The notes under the pieces were generated by a model. The model did no database searches. It worked only from the letters and a program-made list of their open reading frames with translations, and was not told the DNA's origin. Of a stretch of DNA of 64,000 bases, positions 23,401-36,260 are shown piece by piece (positions within the stretch are counted from its first letter, which is position 1; each line of letters opens with the position of its first letter). The position numbers and the translations under genes were made by a program. The stretch spans positions 157,187,922 through 157,251,921 of the forward strand of contig CM035843.1 in the NCBI GenBank assembly GCA_020510985.1, read 5' to 3'. Origin of the DNA: Pholidichthys leucotaenia. Lineage: Eukaryota.

Positions 23401-23910
23401 TTCATTAAATTTTTATCCAAAGAAAATACATGAGAGAAAAGAAAAGTTTGAATTTGACAAATGCTAATAACCATATTCAAAACCCATTCCTTGTCCTTCC
23501 CTCTCACCCATCCTTCCCAGAGGTCCCTCCTTGTCTAACATAAATCCATATCACAAACATAAAAGGGGGGGGGGGTAATGTTAAACAATGGGACCAAAAA
23601 GTACTCTTAAGAGGAAAAAAAACACGGAGGGGGGTGTCATTCACTGCTAATATTTTTATTTCCCATTTAATGATATTTGTAAGCTTTCATAAGGGTCTAG
23701 AAAAGGAGTCCATGTATCCCAAATATTTTGCAGTGTTCTCTTACAGGTATATCTCATTTTCTCAAGTTTCAAAAAATACATAATATCTTAAATTTCCCTG
23801 TTTGGGATCAATATAGTACATCTGTCTGTCTGTCCGTCTCACCGTCCCTCCCTCCGTCGAAAAGTAGGGTGTATTGATTCCTTCCAAGACAACAAAATAA
23901 GGCGTCTTGT

Positions 23911-23913
<3 letters not shown>

Positions 23914-23957
<44 letters not shown>

Positions 23958-26400
23958 ATTTGTACCCGTAGGTAGACTTGGTTTGCAGTCTGGTGACAAG
24001 CCACTGGCTGCTGGTCGCTGCGTGCGCGAGCGCCCTAAACCTACATGTTTTTTTTTTTGGTGTGTGAGGTGTCAAATGAGGTGAATGCAACAATAGCTCT
24101 GGTCTTGATATGAAAAGAGCTAAGTTCCGGTACAGTTCCAGATAAGGCACTTTTAGGGTCAGAAGTAATATGCCTTTGGGATATTTTAGAATATGCATCA
24201 AAAACATTATTCCAGAACACACTAAGTTTAGGGCAAGACCAGAACACACACAATTCACAAAAATTTAGGGATATTCAACTTTTGGGTGAAATTTCAGGAT
24301 GCACCTAAAATGCACTATAACCTTTCCAGGTGAACTTAATTTGACCTTCTCTAACTTTTTGAATGCACATTTCCAACTGTTCAATATTTCTTTATTTTTT
24401 GTATAACTTGCTGTTCTCTAACAAGGTGCTTAACAGCAAAATTCACAACAGGTGTTTGATCCGTGAATCAGCCAGTAAATGTTCTGGTTCAATTAGAATT
24501 GGCATTTAAACAGTCCTCTTCATCATGCTGTTCATATTTTGACATCATGAGACCAAGACAACACCTAACAATTGATCAACAGTACCTCACCATTACAAGG
24601 CTTCAAACAGGATGGTCTCAGAGGGAAGTGACCACTGAGCTTAGAGTGTCACAGAGTGTCCTCAGCAGGTTGCAACAGAGATACAGAGAGACTGGAAGAG
24701 TCACAGAAAGGCATAGCAGTGGACGTCCTTTGGCTACATCCCACGCTGATGACCGCTCCATTGTGAACAGTGCTCTGCGGAACCGGATGATGAATGCCAC
24801 TCACCTCCAGGCACATTTAAGGGAGGTGAGAGGCACTCAAGTGTCACGTCAGACCATTCAAAACATTTACATCAGCGTGGTCTGTGTGCTAGACGACCTG
24901 CAAGGGTACCTGACCACACCACCAGGCACATGTGTCATTGTCTTGCATGGGCCAGGGAGCATTTACGCTGGACAAGGGGCCGTGGGCCTCAGTATTGTTC
25001 TCTGATGAAAGTCAATTCACGGTGAGCAGAAATGATGGCCGCCAACAATGTTGGAGACGTCAAGGAGAGCACTATGCATCAGTCACTGCTGTCAGTAGAT
25101 GAGCCTTTGGTGGTAGTGGTGTTACAGTCTGGGCAGGTGTGTCTAATCAATCTAACTGCCCTACACCTTGTGAATGGTACAGTGACAAGCCGATACTACC
25201 TGAATAACATTGTTAATCCAGTCATTGTGCCCCATCCATGAACAACACAGACCTAGTTTCATCTTCATGGACGACATTGCTCCAGCTCATCGAGGTCACA
25301 TCATTAGGGAATGGCTGCTGGACGCTGGGGTACCTCACCTGGAGTGGCCTGCACTTTCTCCAGACCTGAATCCCATAGAAAATCTATGGGATCAGCTGAG
25401 TCGCTGTGTAGAGGCTCGTAACCCTGCACCCCACAACCTCAATGACCTGAGGGCCACCCTTCAAGAAGAGTGGAATGCCATGCCTCAGCAGACAATAAGT
25501 CAACTTGTGAACAGCATGAGACGTCATTGTCAAGCTGTAATTGATGCTCAAGGGCACATGACAAGTTATTGAGATACTGACATCTTTTGTTGTGGTATAC
25601 CCACCACTGTTGTTGGCTTTTGTTTCAATAAATTGTTTGAGATGAGGAAATCACCATTGCATGTTTCTACTTAAATGCCCTACTTTCATGATATTGTATC
25701 ACTGTAGTGTGAACTTTTTACATTTTCCATAAATTTCACCCGGAAGCCAAATATCCCTAACTTTTTGTGAGTAGTGTATACTGTATATATGGTCTGCAGG
25801 TTGGCTTTTACATCGTGGACATAAAGGATCTGCATCTGGAAATATTTTGGCCAAACATGCATTAGTCAGATGTACTCTCAAAACTACCTGAAGTTGTATC
25901 AAATTATGCCTGATACAAGGGGAAGAAGAGTATAGTAGTTTACAGTAATGGCTGTCTCCCACTGATCATCAGTCGTTCCTTTTCCAAAGTCACTCTCCCA
26001 ATTCCTTCTGACCTTTGCTGAAGAGTGAGGAGTAGTGGTATTTATAATGCCATAAATCATAGAAATGAAATGTTTTTGAAATGGAGACAATGAAAGGATA
26101 TGATCAAGTATTTTGATTTGGGGAGTGTCTGAAAATGAAGTAAATTATTTCTGAATAAAATGTCTTAATTGTAAATATCGGAAAAAATGGGATTTAGGCA
26201 AGTCGTATTTTTCAGAAAATAGTATAAATGACCCAAACTTGCCATCTAAAATTAATTCAGAGACAGATTTAATGCTCTTAGAATACCATATTATAAAAGT
26301 ATTATCAGAGTGAGAGGGTGGAAAATGATTAGTTTTAATTGGAGAATACACTGAAAAGAATTTAATTTTTAAACGTCTCCTTAATGTGTGACCAAATCCT
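23914..26400 (-). mobile_element. 5'-truncated L1 3' fragment (ORF2 Cys-rich C-terminus at 24041-24253 and 25699-26351) with an A40 tail, seen as T40 at 23914-23953. It is split by a nested Tc1-like insertion at about 24250-25810.
   Basis: The motif VFWSCPKLSVFW (C-x-C...FW.CP) matches the C-termini of the other L1 copies. The pure T-run lies at the low-coordinate end. Confidence 0.6.
24250..25810 (+). mobile_element. Tc1-like DNA transposon, degenerate. Transposase fragments 24463-25005 and 25210-25572 carry the motif DNAPAH...[11 protein letters not shown].
   Basis: Inverted repeats CACAAAAATTTAGGGATATTCAACTTTTGGGTGAAATTT at 24268-24310 and the reverse complement at about 25740-25790. Confidence 0.6.
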
Positions 26401-26739
26401 AACTGAGTGACTAACTAGTGGGTCAAGACACTACTGGTTTAAAGGTAAGGAAAACAGAGCACATAATACTGAATCTAGGCCAAGTTGACAGTCAGTGTCA
26501 CATCTATCTGGCTGGTCCCTCTCATCCACCGGAACAAAGATGTTAGATTACAAGACCAATAATAATGCAAAAAGTTTGGTAAGGAGTTTTTTTTTTAATG
26601 TTTTTATTTTTTCTATTTTATCCTGTACTTACCCTGTTTTCTTTCCATATTTTTTACTGTTTTTTTCTGTTTTGCCCATTTTTATTCCCCCTGTTTTTAC
26701 TGTTTTTTTTTTTCCTGTTTTGATTGTGTTTATTCTGTT

Positions 26740-26940
26740 TTGACCATATTTAGCCCTTTATTATCATGAACCACCCAGAGCCCTCAGGTGGTCAGGGTCA
26801 GGCCTACTATCTGTGCCCAGAGTCAGAACCAGACATGGCGAGGCAGCGTTCAGTTTTGACGCTCCTCACATGTGGAACAAACTCCCAGAAAGCATCAGGG
26901 CTGCTGAAACTCTCAGCTGCTTTAAATCCAGGTTAAAAAC
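26740..26940 (+). mobile_element. L2-clade LINE 3'-terminal fragment.
   Basis: Encodes ...LRSS...VPRVRTRHGEAAFSFDAPHMWNKLPESIRAAETLSCFKSRLKT, the characteristic C-terminal tail of L2 ORF2. Confidence 0.6.
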
Positions 26941-27620
26941 GGTTTTCATTGTTTTTACCCAGTTATTTTTACTCTTTTTTTGCCTGTTTTCATCCAGTTC
27001 TTACCCTGTTTTTCCCATATTTTTGAATCTGTTTTGCTATTTTTCCCCATTTTAATTGTGTTTTTCCCTTTTTTTCCCAGTTTATTCACCCCTTTTTCAT
27101 GTTTTTACCCCATTTTCCCATTTAACATATTTTTACTCTTTTTCTCCCTATTTTTTCATATTTTTACCCTGTATTTCTTTTCTGGTATCTACCAGGTTTT
27201 TCCTGTTTTTCACCATGTTTTTGCTATTTTTTGTTGTTGTTCTATTTTTTGTTTTGGGCACGTCCAATGGGGAGGAGACCCCGGGGCAGATCTAGGACAC
27301 GCTGGAGAGACTGTGTCTCCAGTTGGTCTGGGAATGTCTTGGTATCTGGAAAAACGTTAGAAAATGGATGGGTCATTTTTTTTTCTGGTACTTGCTGTAT
27401 TTCTTTTCCTGTTTTTACTGTTTTTTTCCTGTTTTGAGCGTGTTTTTCAGGTTTTCTTTACCCTTTCTCCATGCTTTAACCCGTTTTTGTTTTGTTTTTT
27501 TACACGTTAACGGTGTTTTTACCCATTTTTTTTCTAACAGTTTTTCCTTGTTCTTCCCCTGCTTTTTCCCTGTTTTTTCTCCTACTTCCCCAGTATTTTT
27601 ACCTGTTACCCCTCCACCCC
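26940..27620 (+). repeat. T/C-rich minisatellite of about 11 bp. A small Rex-like LINE 3' fragment is embedded at 27240-27345.
   Basis: TGTTTTTACCC-like units. The embedded fragment encodes MGRRPRGRSRTRWRDCVSS. Confidence 0.6.
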
Positions 27621-27773
27621 TGAATTCTGATGCAGGTTTCTTTTATTTAAACAATAATGTGAACTGCCACCAAAAAAACTCCAAACTGAGCATGAAGACG
27701 TGGTGCGTGAGCGTCGCCTCAGAAAGCATCGTCAGTGTATCAGAATGCTCCCTGGTGTTTTATTTTTCTGTAG

Positions 27774-27938
27774 GACGTGTTCACCATCAGTGTGGGGAAT
27801 CTCCCGCCCGGCGCCACCGTCCTCATCAAAGTGACCTTCGTGTCAGAGCTGGTCGTCCAGGATGGAGCCATCGTCTTCTCGCTGCCAGGGAGTGTGGCTC
27901 CATGGCAGGAAAGCGCCGCGCTCAACCAGACCACACAG
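27774..27938 (+). CDS. PARP4: PARP4 exon (VIT domain). Encodes DVFTISVGNLPPGATVLIKVTFVSELVVQDGAIVFSLPGSVAPWQESAALNQTTQ.
   Basis: Acceptor ctgtag ends at 27773, donor gtcgga at 27939. Matches human DVFTVSVGNLPPKAKVLIKITYITELSILGTVGVFFMPATVAPWQQDKALNENLQ. Confidence 0.9.
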
Positions 27939-28250
27939 GTCGGAAGGCTTCTTCCTGCTGATCTTAAAAATCTGACTTTTTCCCTTCTTAAATTGGCAAC
28001 TTCTCCCTTAAAGTTGGAACTTCTGGTTTGATCTCAGGTATTTTAATTGAATGAATTAATTGTCCAATGCCAGCATGCGCTGGACTGATGAGCCCGAATT
28101 TACCATTTGTAAATGTCATGTCTTAAAAAGTCATTGACTTTCTTCTAGCTGCAGGTACCCTGGGGGGGGGGGGGGGGGACTTCTTTTGCTGTGTGATGTG
28201 GTGATATGTTGTGATTATGATGTGAATGTTGTGATGCATTTTATCACCAG

Positions 28251-28297
28251 GTCAGTGTGGAGAAGGTGTGTGTCCCCGATAAGGCCACAGACTGCAG
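28251..28297 (+). CDS. PARP4: PARP4 small exon. Encodes VSVEKVCVPDKATDC(R).
   Basis: Acceptor caccag ends at 28250, donor gtgaac at 28298. Matches human DTVEKICIKEIGTKQ. Phase agrees with the flanking exons. Confidence 0.7.
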
Positions 28298-28559
28298 GTG
28301 AACTCCTGTTTTACTTTATTTGCTCATTAATTTGTTCTGCAGTGAAATGATCAGTCTGTCTGCTGAACTCAGATCAGTCATTTAATTTTATTTAAGTTCA
28401 TCTATTGTCTTGGGGCTGGGCGAAGTATGGAATATATTCAGTGTATTTATGTATTTGTCCCAGTGAGAAACATAAAATGCCTATCTTGTGCCTACTGAAT
28501 ATAATTTTTCACATTAATTTTGATTTTTTTGATTTTGTATACTTTATTGATCCCCAGAG

Positions 28560-28860
28560 GGGAAATTGAGGGCATCCACCTGGATGGATGAAGCAGCCAC
28601 GTTACGGTGCTATCCCTTTACCATTCACACCTAGGGCCACTTTAGAGTCTCCAATTAACCTAACCTGCATGTTTTTGGCCTGTGGGAGGAAACCGGAGAA
28701 CTCCCAGAGTAAACCCACGCAGACACGGGGAGAACATGCAAACTCCACACAGATCACTGTTGGTCAGGGGCTGGGATCAAACCAGGGATCCCATGGCCAA
28801 GGGTGAGTTGCTGTGCCGCCACAGTGCTAACCACTCCGCCACCGCACCGCCAGCATGTAG
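28560..28860 (-). mobile_element. tRNA-derived SINE (tRNA head and body family).
   Basis: CCTAACCTGCATGTTTTTGGCCTGTGGGAGGAAACCGGAGAACTCCCAGAGTAAACCCACGCAGACACGGGGAGAACATGCAAACTCCACACAG followed by the reverse complement of a tRNA-like head. Confidence 0.7.
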
Positions 28861-29533
28861 GGGAATGGATTTTTCTTTGGAAAATTCCTTTTGCATGTTA
28901 ACGCTTTCAAGTATTTAAACCGATAATTGCTTTATGACATTGACTCGCAATTCAGTGGTCGAACTGTCCAATGTGTCCACCACCCCAACACGAAGAGCGC
29001 CTCAACCTGTTCCAGCTGATAGAGACGTGGCGAATGTTGGCAGCGGAGAAAAAAAGCCAGACCAACAAAATCAAACAGGTCCGTCTCCAAGCACACGAAA
29101 CAGGGGAACCAGATGAAGATGATTACAGTCTATAAAGGCTGAAGGGGTATTGTTGTCACCCCCACCGTGCGGATGGGCAGCTTCGGTTGTATCAGCACCT
29201 ACCTCGTGAATGTGATATCTAGAGAAAGAAATGACATGGACTTTTTAAATTGATGCCATGGGTGCATCTATGAAAACTCTTGGATGAGTTCGTATTTGGG
29301 TGACTTCTGACCTTTAGGCTGACCTAAAAGAATGAATATTTGAATTTTGATTATTTTTTCTAATTAAAATGTAAATGAAAGCTGAATTTTAAAGGACACC
29401 GAATGCACTGTATTGTGATATAGAGAAATAATATTGTGGTGCATGTTTTAGAGCTGTATCACCCAGCCCTAATTATTCTTATTTTAATTAACTTGTGGGA
29501 ACACATGTGATGAACCTGTGTCTCTTCTCTCAG

Positions 29534-29615
29534 AGAGTTCACCCTGGACTTATCTGTGGAGATGCCCAATAAAATCTCCACCCTGTTCTGTGTCACCCAT
29601 CAGGTCATGATGAAG
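29534..29615 (+). CDS. PARP4: PARP4 exon. Encodes (R)EFTLDLSVEMPNKISTLFCVTHQVMMK.
   Basis: Acceptor ctctcag ends at 29533, donor gtgagt at 29616. Matches human SFSLTMSIEMPYVIEFIFSDTHELKQK. Confidence 0.8.
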
Positions 29616-29666
29616 GTGAGTTTTCCAGTTTCATTTTTTTTTAAGTTTTTCTAAACCACAGACATC

Positions 29667-31351
<1,685 letters not shown>

Positions 31352-31559
31352 TATCATCATCAGGTGATTTATTTTTTTTAAACGGTGGATGGAAGGTATT
31401 CACCAATTTAGCATGAGGTACAAATGTATAAATGTAAATTAGGTATAAATTTGATAGAATAAAAGATACAAAGACATGGTAAAAGATACCAATTTGAAAA
31501 TTAAAGTCACAAATTACAATTTAATGACAGAGAAAATTTAACCAGCATCCAGATGAGTG

Positions 31560-31860
31560 TTGCAAATTTAACAGAAAAACTGCAACAAAATAGCAACTTT
31601 TTAAGAAAAAAAGTTACAAATTTATAAGAAAAGTGAGAATTTTTTAAAGAAAAAAGTTGCATATCTACAAGGAAAAAATACAAATTTATGAAAAAAGTTG
31701 AAAATTTACAGGGGCAAAAGTTGCATATTTATGAGGAAAAAAGTCACAATTATGAGAAAAAGGAATAAATTAAGAGTTACATTTTTGAGGGAAAAAGTAG
31801 CATATTTATGAGAAAGTCACAAATTTTTGAGGAAAAGTCAGTTTGTCCATTTTCATTTTT
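31560..31860 (+). repeat. 23-bp VNTR array preceded by the conserved head at 31390-31560.
   Basis: Head ATTCACCAATTTAGCATGAGGTACAAATGTATAAATGTAAATTAGG..., then tandem units. Confidence 0.75.
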
Positions 31861-31963
31861 TAAGAATATTTTCTCTGTTTTGTGTTAAAGCCAGAAATTT
31901 TTACATGTGTTGACTACTACAGGATACTGAATGGCATCAACCTAAACTAATAAATAAATATAT

Positions 31964-33603
31964 AGCGAGAGTGGTGTGAAAAAGTGTTTGCCCCTTCCTG
32001 ATTTCTCATTTTTTTGTATGTTTGTCACACTTAAATGTTTCAAATCATCAAACAAAATTAAATATGAGACAAAGATAACACAAGTAAACACAAAATGTAG
32101 TTTTTAAATTAGGCTGGTTATTATTAAGAGTAAAAAACGTCCCAACTTGCATGGCCCTGTGTGAAAAACTGACCCCCCCCCCCCCCACACACACACACAC
32201 ACTAAAACATAAATTAACTGTGGTTTATCACATCTTTGGAAAGCTGAGTTCAATTTCTCTAGCCACACCCAGGCCCGATTACTGCCATACCTGTTCTCAA
32301 TCAAGAAATCACTTAAATAGGACCTGCCTGAAAAAGTGAAGTAGACCAAAAGATCCTCAAAAGCTAGACATCATGCTGCTATCCAAAGAAATTCAGGAAC
32401 AAATGAGAAACAGAGTAATTGAGGTCTATCAGTCTGGAAAAGGTTATAAAGCCATTTCTAAAGCTTTGGGACTCCAGCAAGCCACAGTGCAAGCCATTAT
32501 CCACAATTGTGCAAAAACATGGAACAGTGGTGAACCTTCCCAGGAGTGGCCGGCCGACCAAAATTACCCCAAGAGTGCAGCGACAACTTATCCAAGAGGT
32601 CACAAAAGACCCCACAACAACATCCAAAGAACTGCAGGCCTCACTTGCCTCAGTTAAGGTCAGTGTTCATGACTCCACCATAAGAAAGAGACAAAAGGCA
32701 AAAATGGCCTGCATGGCAGAGTTCCAAGACGAAAACCACTGCTGAGCAAAAAGAACATAAAGGCTTGTCACAGTTTAGCCAGAAAACATCTAAGACTTTG
32801 GGGAAAATACTGTGTGGACTGACGAGACAAAAGTTGAACTTTTTGGAAGGTGTGTGTCCCATTGCATCAGTCGTAAAAGTAGCACAGCATTTCAGAAAAG
32901 GAACATCATACCAACAGTAAAATATGGTGGTGGTGGTGGTGGTAGTGTGATGGTCTAGGGCTGTTTTGCTGCTTCAGGACCTGGAAGACTTTCAGTGCTA
33001 AATGGAACCATGAATTCTTCTGTCTACCAAAAAATCCGGAAGGAGAATGTCTGGCCATCTGTTCGTGACCTCAAGTTGAAGTGCACTTGGGTTCTGCAGC
33101 AGGACAATGATCCAAAACACACCAGCAAGTCCACCTCTGAATGGCTTAAGAAAGACAATGTGAAGACTTTGGAGTGGGCTAATCAAAGTCCTGACCTGAA
33201 TCCCATTGAGATGCTGTGACATGACCTTAAAAAGGCGGCTCATGCTGGAAAACCCTCCATTGTGGCTGAATTACAACAATTCTGTAAAGATGAGTGGGCC
33301 AGAATTCCTCCACAGCTCTGTAAAAGACTCATTGCCAGTTATCGCAAACGCTTGATTGCAGTTGTTGCTGCTAAGGGTGACCCAGGTAGTTATTAGGTTT
33401 AGGGGGCAATCACTTTTTCACACAGGGCCAGTTTGGATTTTTTTACCCTTAATAATAAACGCCTTCATTTAAAAACTGCATTTTGTGTTTACTTATGTTA
33501 TCTTTGTCTAATATTTAAATTTGTTTGATGATCTGAAACATTTAAGTGTGACAAACATACAAAAAATGAGAAATCAGGAAGGGGGCAAACACTTTTTCAC
33601 ACC

Positions 33604-33609
<6 letters not shown>
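31964..33609 (+). mobile_element. Tc1-like DNA transposon with a frameshifted transposase (ORFs 32373-32745 and 32995-33370).
   Basis: TIR core AGAGTGGTGTGAAAAAGTGTTTGCCCC at 31967-31995 and the reverse complement at 33580-33609. (CA)n and (GT)n microsatellites at 32186-32205 and 33603-33640. Confidence 0.8.
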
Positions 33610-33643
<34 letters not shown>

Positions 33644-33789
33644 GTTACTGTAGGCTTGATAGTGGTTTCATTAATTGTGTAACCCATATACAGTATATAT
33701 TTGGTATATCATGTTACAGGACTGAATAAAATGACTTGGAAGCATCAATTCAAAGCAAAAAATAAAAAATTAACATTTGCAACTTTTTA

Positions 33790-34520
33790 TTGTAAAGCTG
33801 CATTTCCCCCTGCAAATTTCCAAATTTTTTCCCCATAAATTTTCAACTTTTTTCTTGTAGATTTGCAGCTTTTTTTCTCATAAATGTGGAACTTTTTTCC
33901 CATAGATTTTCAATATTTTTCTTAAAAATTTGCATTTTTTTCCTGTAAATTTGTTTTTCTTGTAGATCTATTGCCATTTTTCTGTAAATTTCCCACTTTT
34001 TTGTCTTTCCCAAAAATTTCCAATTTTATTTTAGTTTTTCCTGTACATTTTTTTTTACCTTTTTCCTCAAAAATTTGCAGCTTTCCTATAAATTTGCAAC
34101 ATTTTTCTCATTAATCTGTCATTTTTTTCCTGGAAATTTTCAGCTTTTTTCCCTCAAAAATTTGCTACTTTTTTCTCATAAATTTTCAACTTTAAAAAAA
34201 TCTCTTTTTCCTGTAAATGTACAACTTTTTTTCAAAGATTTGCAACTTTTTTCTCAAATGTGCATTTTTCTCTGTAAATTTGCACAATTTTTCTCATAAA
34301 TTTTCAGTTTTTTCCTTTAACTTTTCAACTTTTTTTCTCATGAATTTGCAGCTAAGTTCATCTGAATGCTGGTTCAATTTTTTGTTTTATGTAATTGTAA
34401 TTTATAAATGTTGGAATTTTTAAATTTGCATCTTATATTTTTGCATCTTTATTCTTGCAAATTTGTACCTAATTTACACTTATCCATTTGTACCTCATGC
34501 TAAATTTGTGAGTACGCCCA
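33790..34520 (-). repeat. 23-bp VNTR array in reverse orientation. The reverse-complemented conserved head lies at 34440-34520.
   Basis: Units such as TTTTCTCATAAATTTGCAAC, then the head reverse complement (...CATTTGTACCTCATGCTAAATTTGTGAGT). Confidence 0.75.
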
Positions 34521-34594
34521 TCCTCCTATTAAAAAGTAATAAATCGCATAAACGGTTTTGTTTTGTTTTGTTCCCCGTGTGTGTGACAATATAG

Positions 34595-34732
34595 AGGACA
34601 GACTGTAAGGCGGTGGTCCGGGTGCTGCCCGGACAGGTTATGGGTCCAGAGGGTTTTCAGCTTTGCATCACCCTGTCTGAGGTCCACCTGCCCAGGATGT
34701 GGGTGGAAAACCACCCCGACAAGGACAGCCAG
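34595..34732 (+). CDS. PARP4: PARP4 exon. Encodes RTDCKAVVRVLPGQVMGPEGFQLCITLSEVHLPRMWVENHPDKDSQ.
   Basis: Acceptor atatag ends at 34594, donor gtatgc at 34733. Matches human RTDCKAVISTMEGSS...HIGLSAAYLPRMWVEKHPEKESE. Confidence 0.85.
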
Positions 34733-34819
34733 GTATGCCTGCCCCCCGCCTGTCTGTTCGTCCTGATCTGTCTCCAGAACTCCTGTCTTTGTTAACACGT
34801 TTATGTCCCTCTCCTTCAG

Positions 34820-35009
34820 GCCTGCATGCTAGTGTTCTATCCCAGCTACGAGGTCAGCTCCTCCTCAGCGTCCCATGAAGTCATCCTGCTGTTGGACACG
34901 TCCAACTCCATGATCAGGGATTCTCTCGGCATGGCCCGGAAGGTCGCCTTGCAGGTTCTCAAAAACCTCAGCACCGACCTCAGACTGAACGTCATCGTGT
35001 TTGGCACTG
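34820..35009 (+). CDS. PARP4: PARP4 exon (vWA domain, MIDAS region). Encodes ACMLVFYPSYEVSSSSASHEVILLLDTSNSMIRDSLGMARKVALQVLKNLSTDLRLNVIVFGT(G).
   Basis: Acceptor ccttcag ends at 34819, donor gtatgt at 35010. Matches human ACMLVFQPDLDV...EVIICLDCSSSMEGVTFLQAKQIALHALSLVGEKQKVNIIQFGTG. Carries the D-x-S-x-S motif. Confidence 0.9.
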
Positions 35010-35039
35010 GTATGTTGGACAGTGCAGGTTTAGAGTGTC

Positions 35040-35350
35040 ATAACCGGAGTGGTGGCTCAGTTGGTAGAGCATCCGCCCCACATCCGGGAGGCAGGGGTTC
35101 AAATCCCGGCCGGGTCATGCCAAAGACCATATAAAAGTGGAATTTCCTGCCGTCCAGCTTGGTGCTCAGCAATAATGGAATGGAGGAGGGAAATTTGTGG
35201 CGGCGCCTTGCATGGCAGCGGCCCTCTGATTCTACACTTGGGGTGTGTGTGATTGACACGGTGGATAGGTAAAACACAATCTCGTTCTACTGTACATGAT
35301 TGGTTGTACAGTTGAATGACAATAAGGGTGATTTAATTTAATTTAATTTT
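35040..35350 (+). mobile_element. tRNA-derived SINE, second copy of the 17680 family.
   Basis: Head GTGGTGGCTCAGTTGGTAGAGCATCCGCCCCACATCCGGGAGGCAGGGGTTCAAATCCCGGCC and an (ATTTA)n tail. Confidence 0.75.
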
Positions 35351-35449
35351 AATTTAATTTTAATAAGCCAACAGTGGTCATAAGCTAAACAACTCACCAT
35401 AACAGCTGCGTAGTTCTCCACTGGTTTTCCTCATACCACAGATTAAAGT

Positions 35450-35710
35450 CACAAATTTTCAAGATAAGCATCGAAAACTTATGAGAAAAGTCACAAATGT
35501 TTGAGAAAAAAGTTAGAAATTTATGAAAAGTATCAAATTTATGAAAAGTCTCAATGAGAAATAATAGTCAAATTTATGCTAAAAAGTCAGAAATGTGTGA
35601 GAAAAGTCAAATTTTCAAGAAAAAAGTTGATCACTCATAAGATTTTTGTATTTCTGCTTATAACTGGTCATTAAAAGTTATTCAATTATGTAACATGATA
35701 TAGAAAGGTT
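35450..35710 (+). repeat. 23-bp VNTR array with the conserved tail (TTATGTAACATGATATAGAAAGGTTTGTGAAG) at about 35680-35715.
   Basis: Tandem units. The tail matches 3060-3100. Confidence 0.7.
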
Positions 35711-36189
35711 TGTGAAGATATTGGGGGGGGGGGTGACCATTTTTTCTTTTTTCCATGTTGGAGGGCAGTGACCCCCCCCCCCCCCATTCTCCCCTTAATT
35801 TACACCTACTAGTGTATACCCATGTATGTCAGTAGAAACCAAGTATAAGCAAGTATTTTTCATGCCCGTAGAAAGTTACTGTTACTATGGCAACAGTAAC
35901 TATGGTGAAACCTGCCTTTGATCTTGGACGTCACCATTCGTTCAGTGATGCCTGCCTTTGATCTTTGATGATGTCATAGCGAGTCCTATGAGCATCACAC
36001 ACACACACACACACTCACACAGATTTCTTGAATTATATTTAGAGTGATGAGTGGGGAATGGGGGGATAGCACCCCCCCAAAAAAAAATCACCTACTGATT
36101 ATAATTCATTTCTCAGTAAAGTTTTTGATCCATTTCCATTTTAAAAAAGACCTGTCAGTGCTATATGTAACTGGTGTTTTTGTTTTTAG

Positions 36190-36260
36190 ATCACAAAGAA
36201 GCTTTTCTCGCTCCACAGCCTGTGGATGAAGTTTATGAGAAAGCTGAGAGTTTCATCAAG
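36190..36260 (+). CDS. PARP4: PARP4 exon (vWA). Encodes (D)HKEAFLAPQPVDEVYEKAESFIK.
   Basis: Acceptor ttttag ends at 36189, donor gtgagt at 36261. Matches human YKELFSYPKHITSNTMAAEFIM. Phase 1 carry-over from the previous exon. Confidence 0.7.

Noticed and set aside
28166-28188. Homopolymer tracts (G about 22 at 28166-28188, C17 at 7216-7232, C about 16 at 32175-32190, G or C runs at 35735-35790), considered as possible regulatory G-quadruplex or i-motif elements.
   Set aside because: They are frequent in this TE-rich intronic DNA and often sit at TE or satellite boundaries. Nothing positional, such as proximity to a promoter or splice site, suggests a function. They are also error-prone in assemblies.
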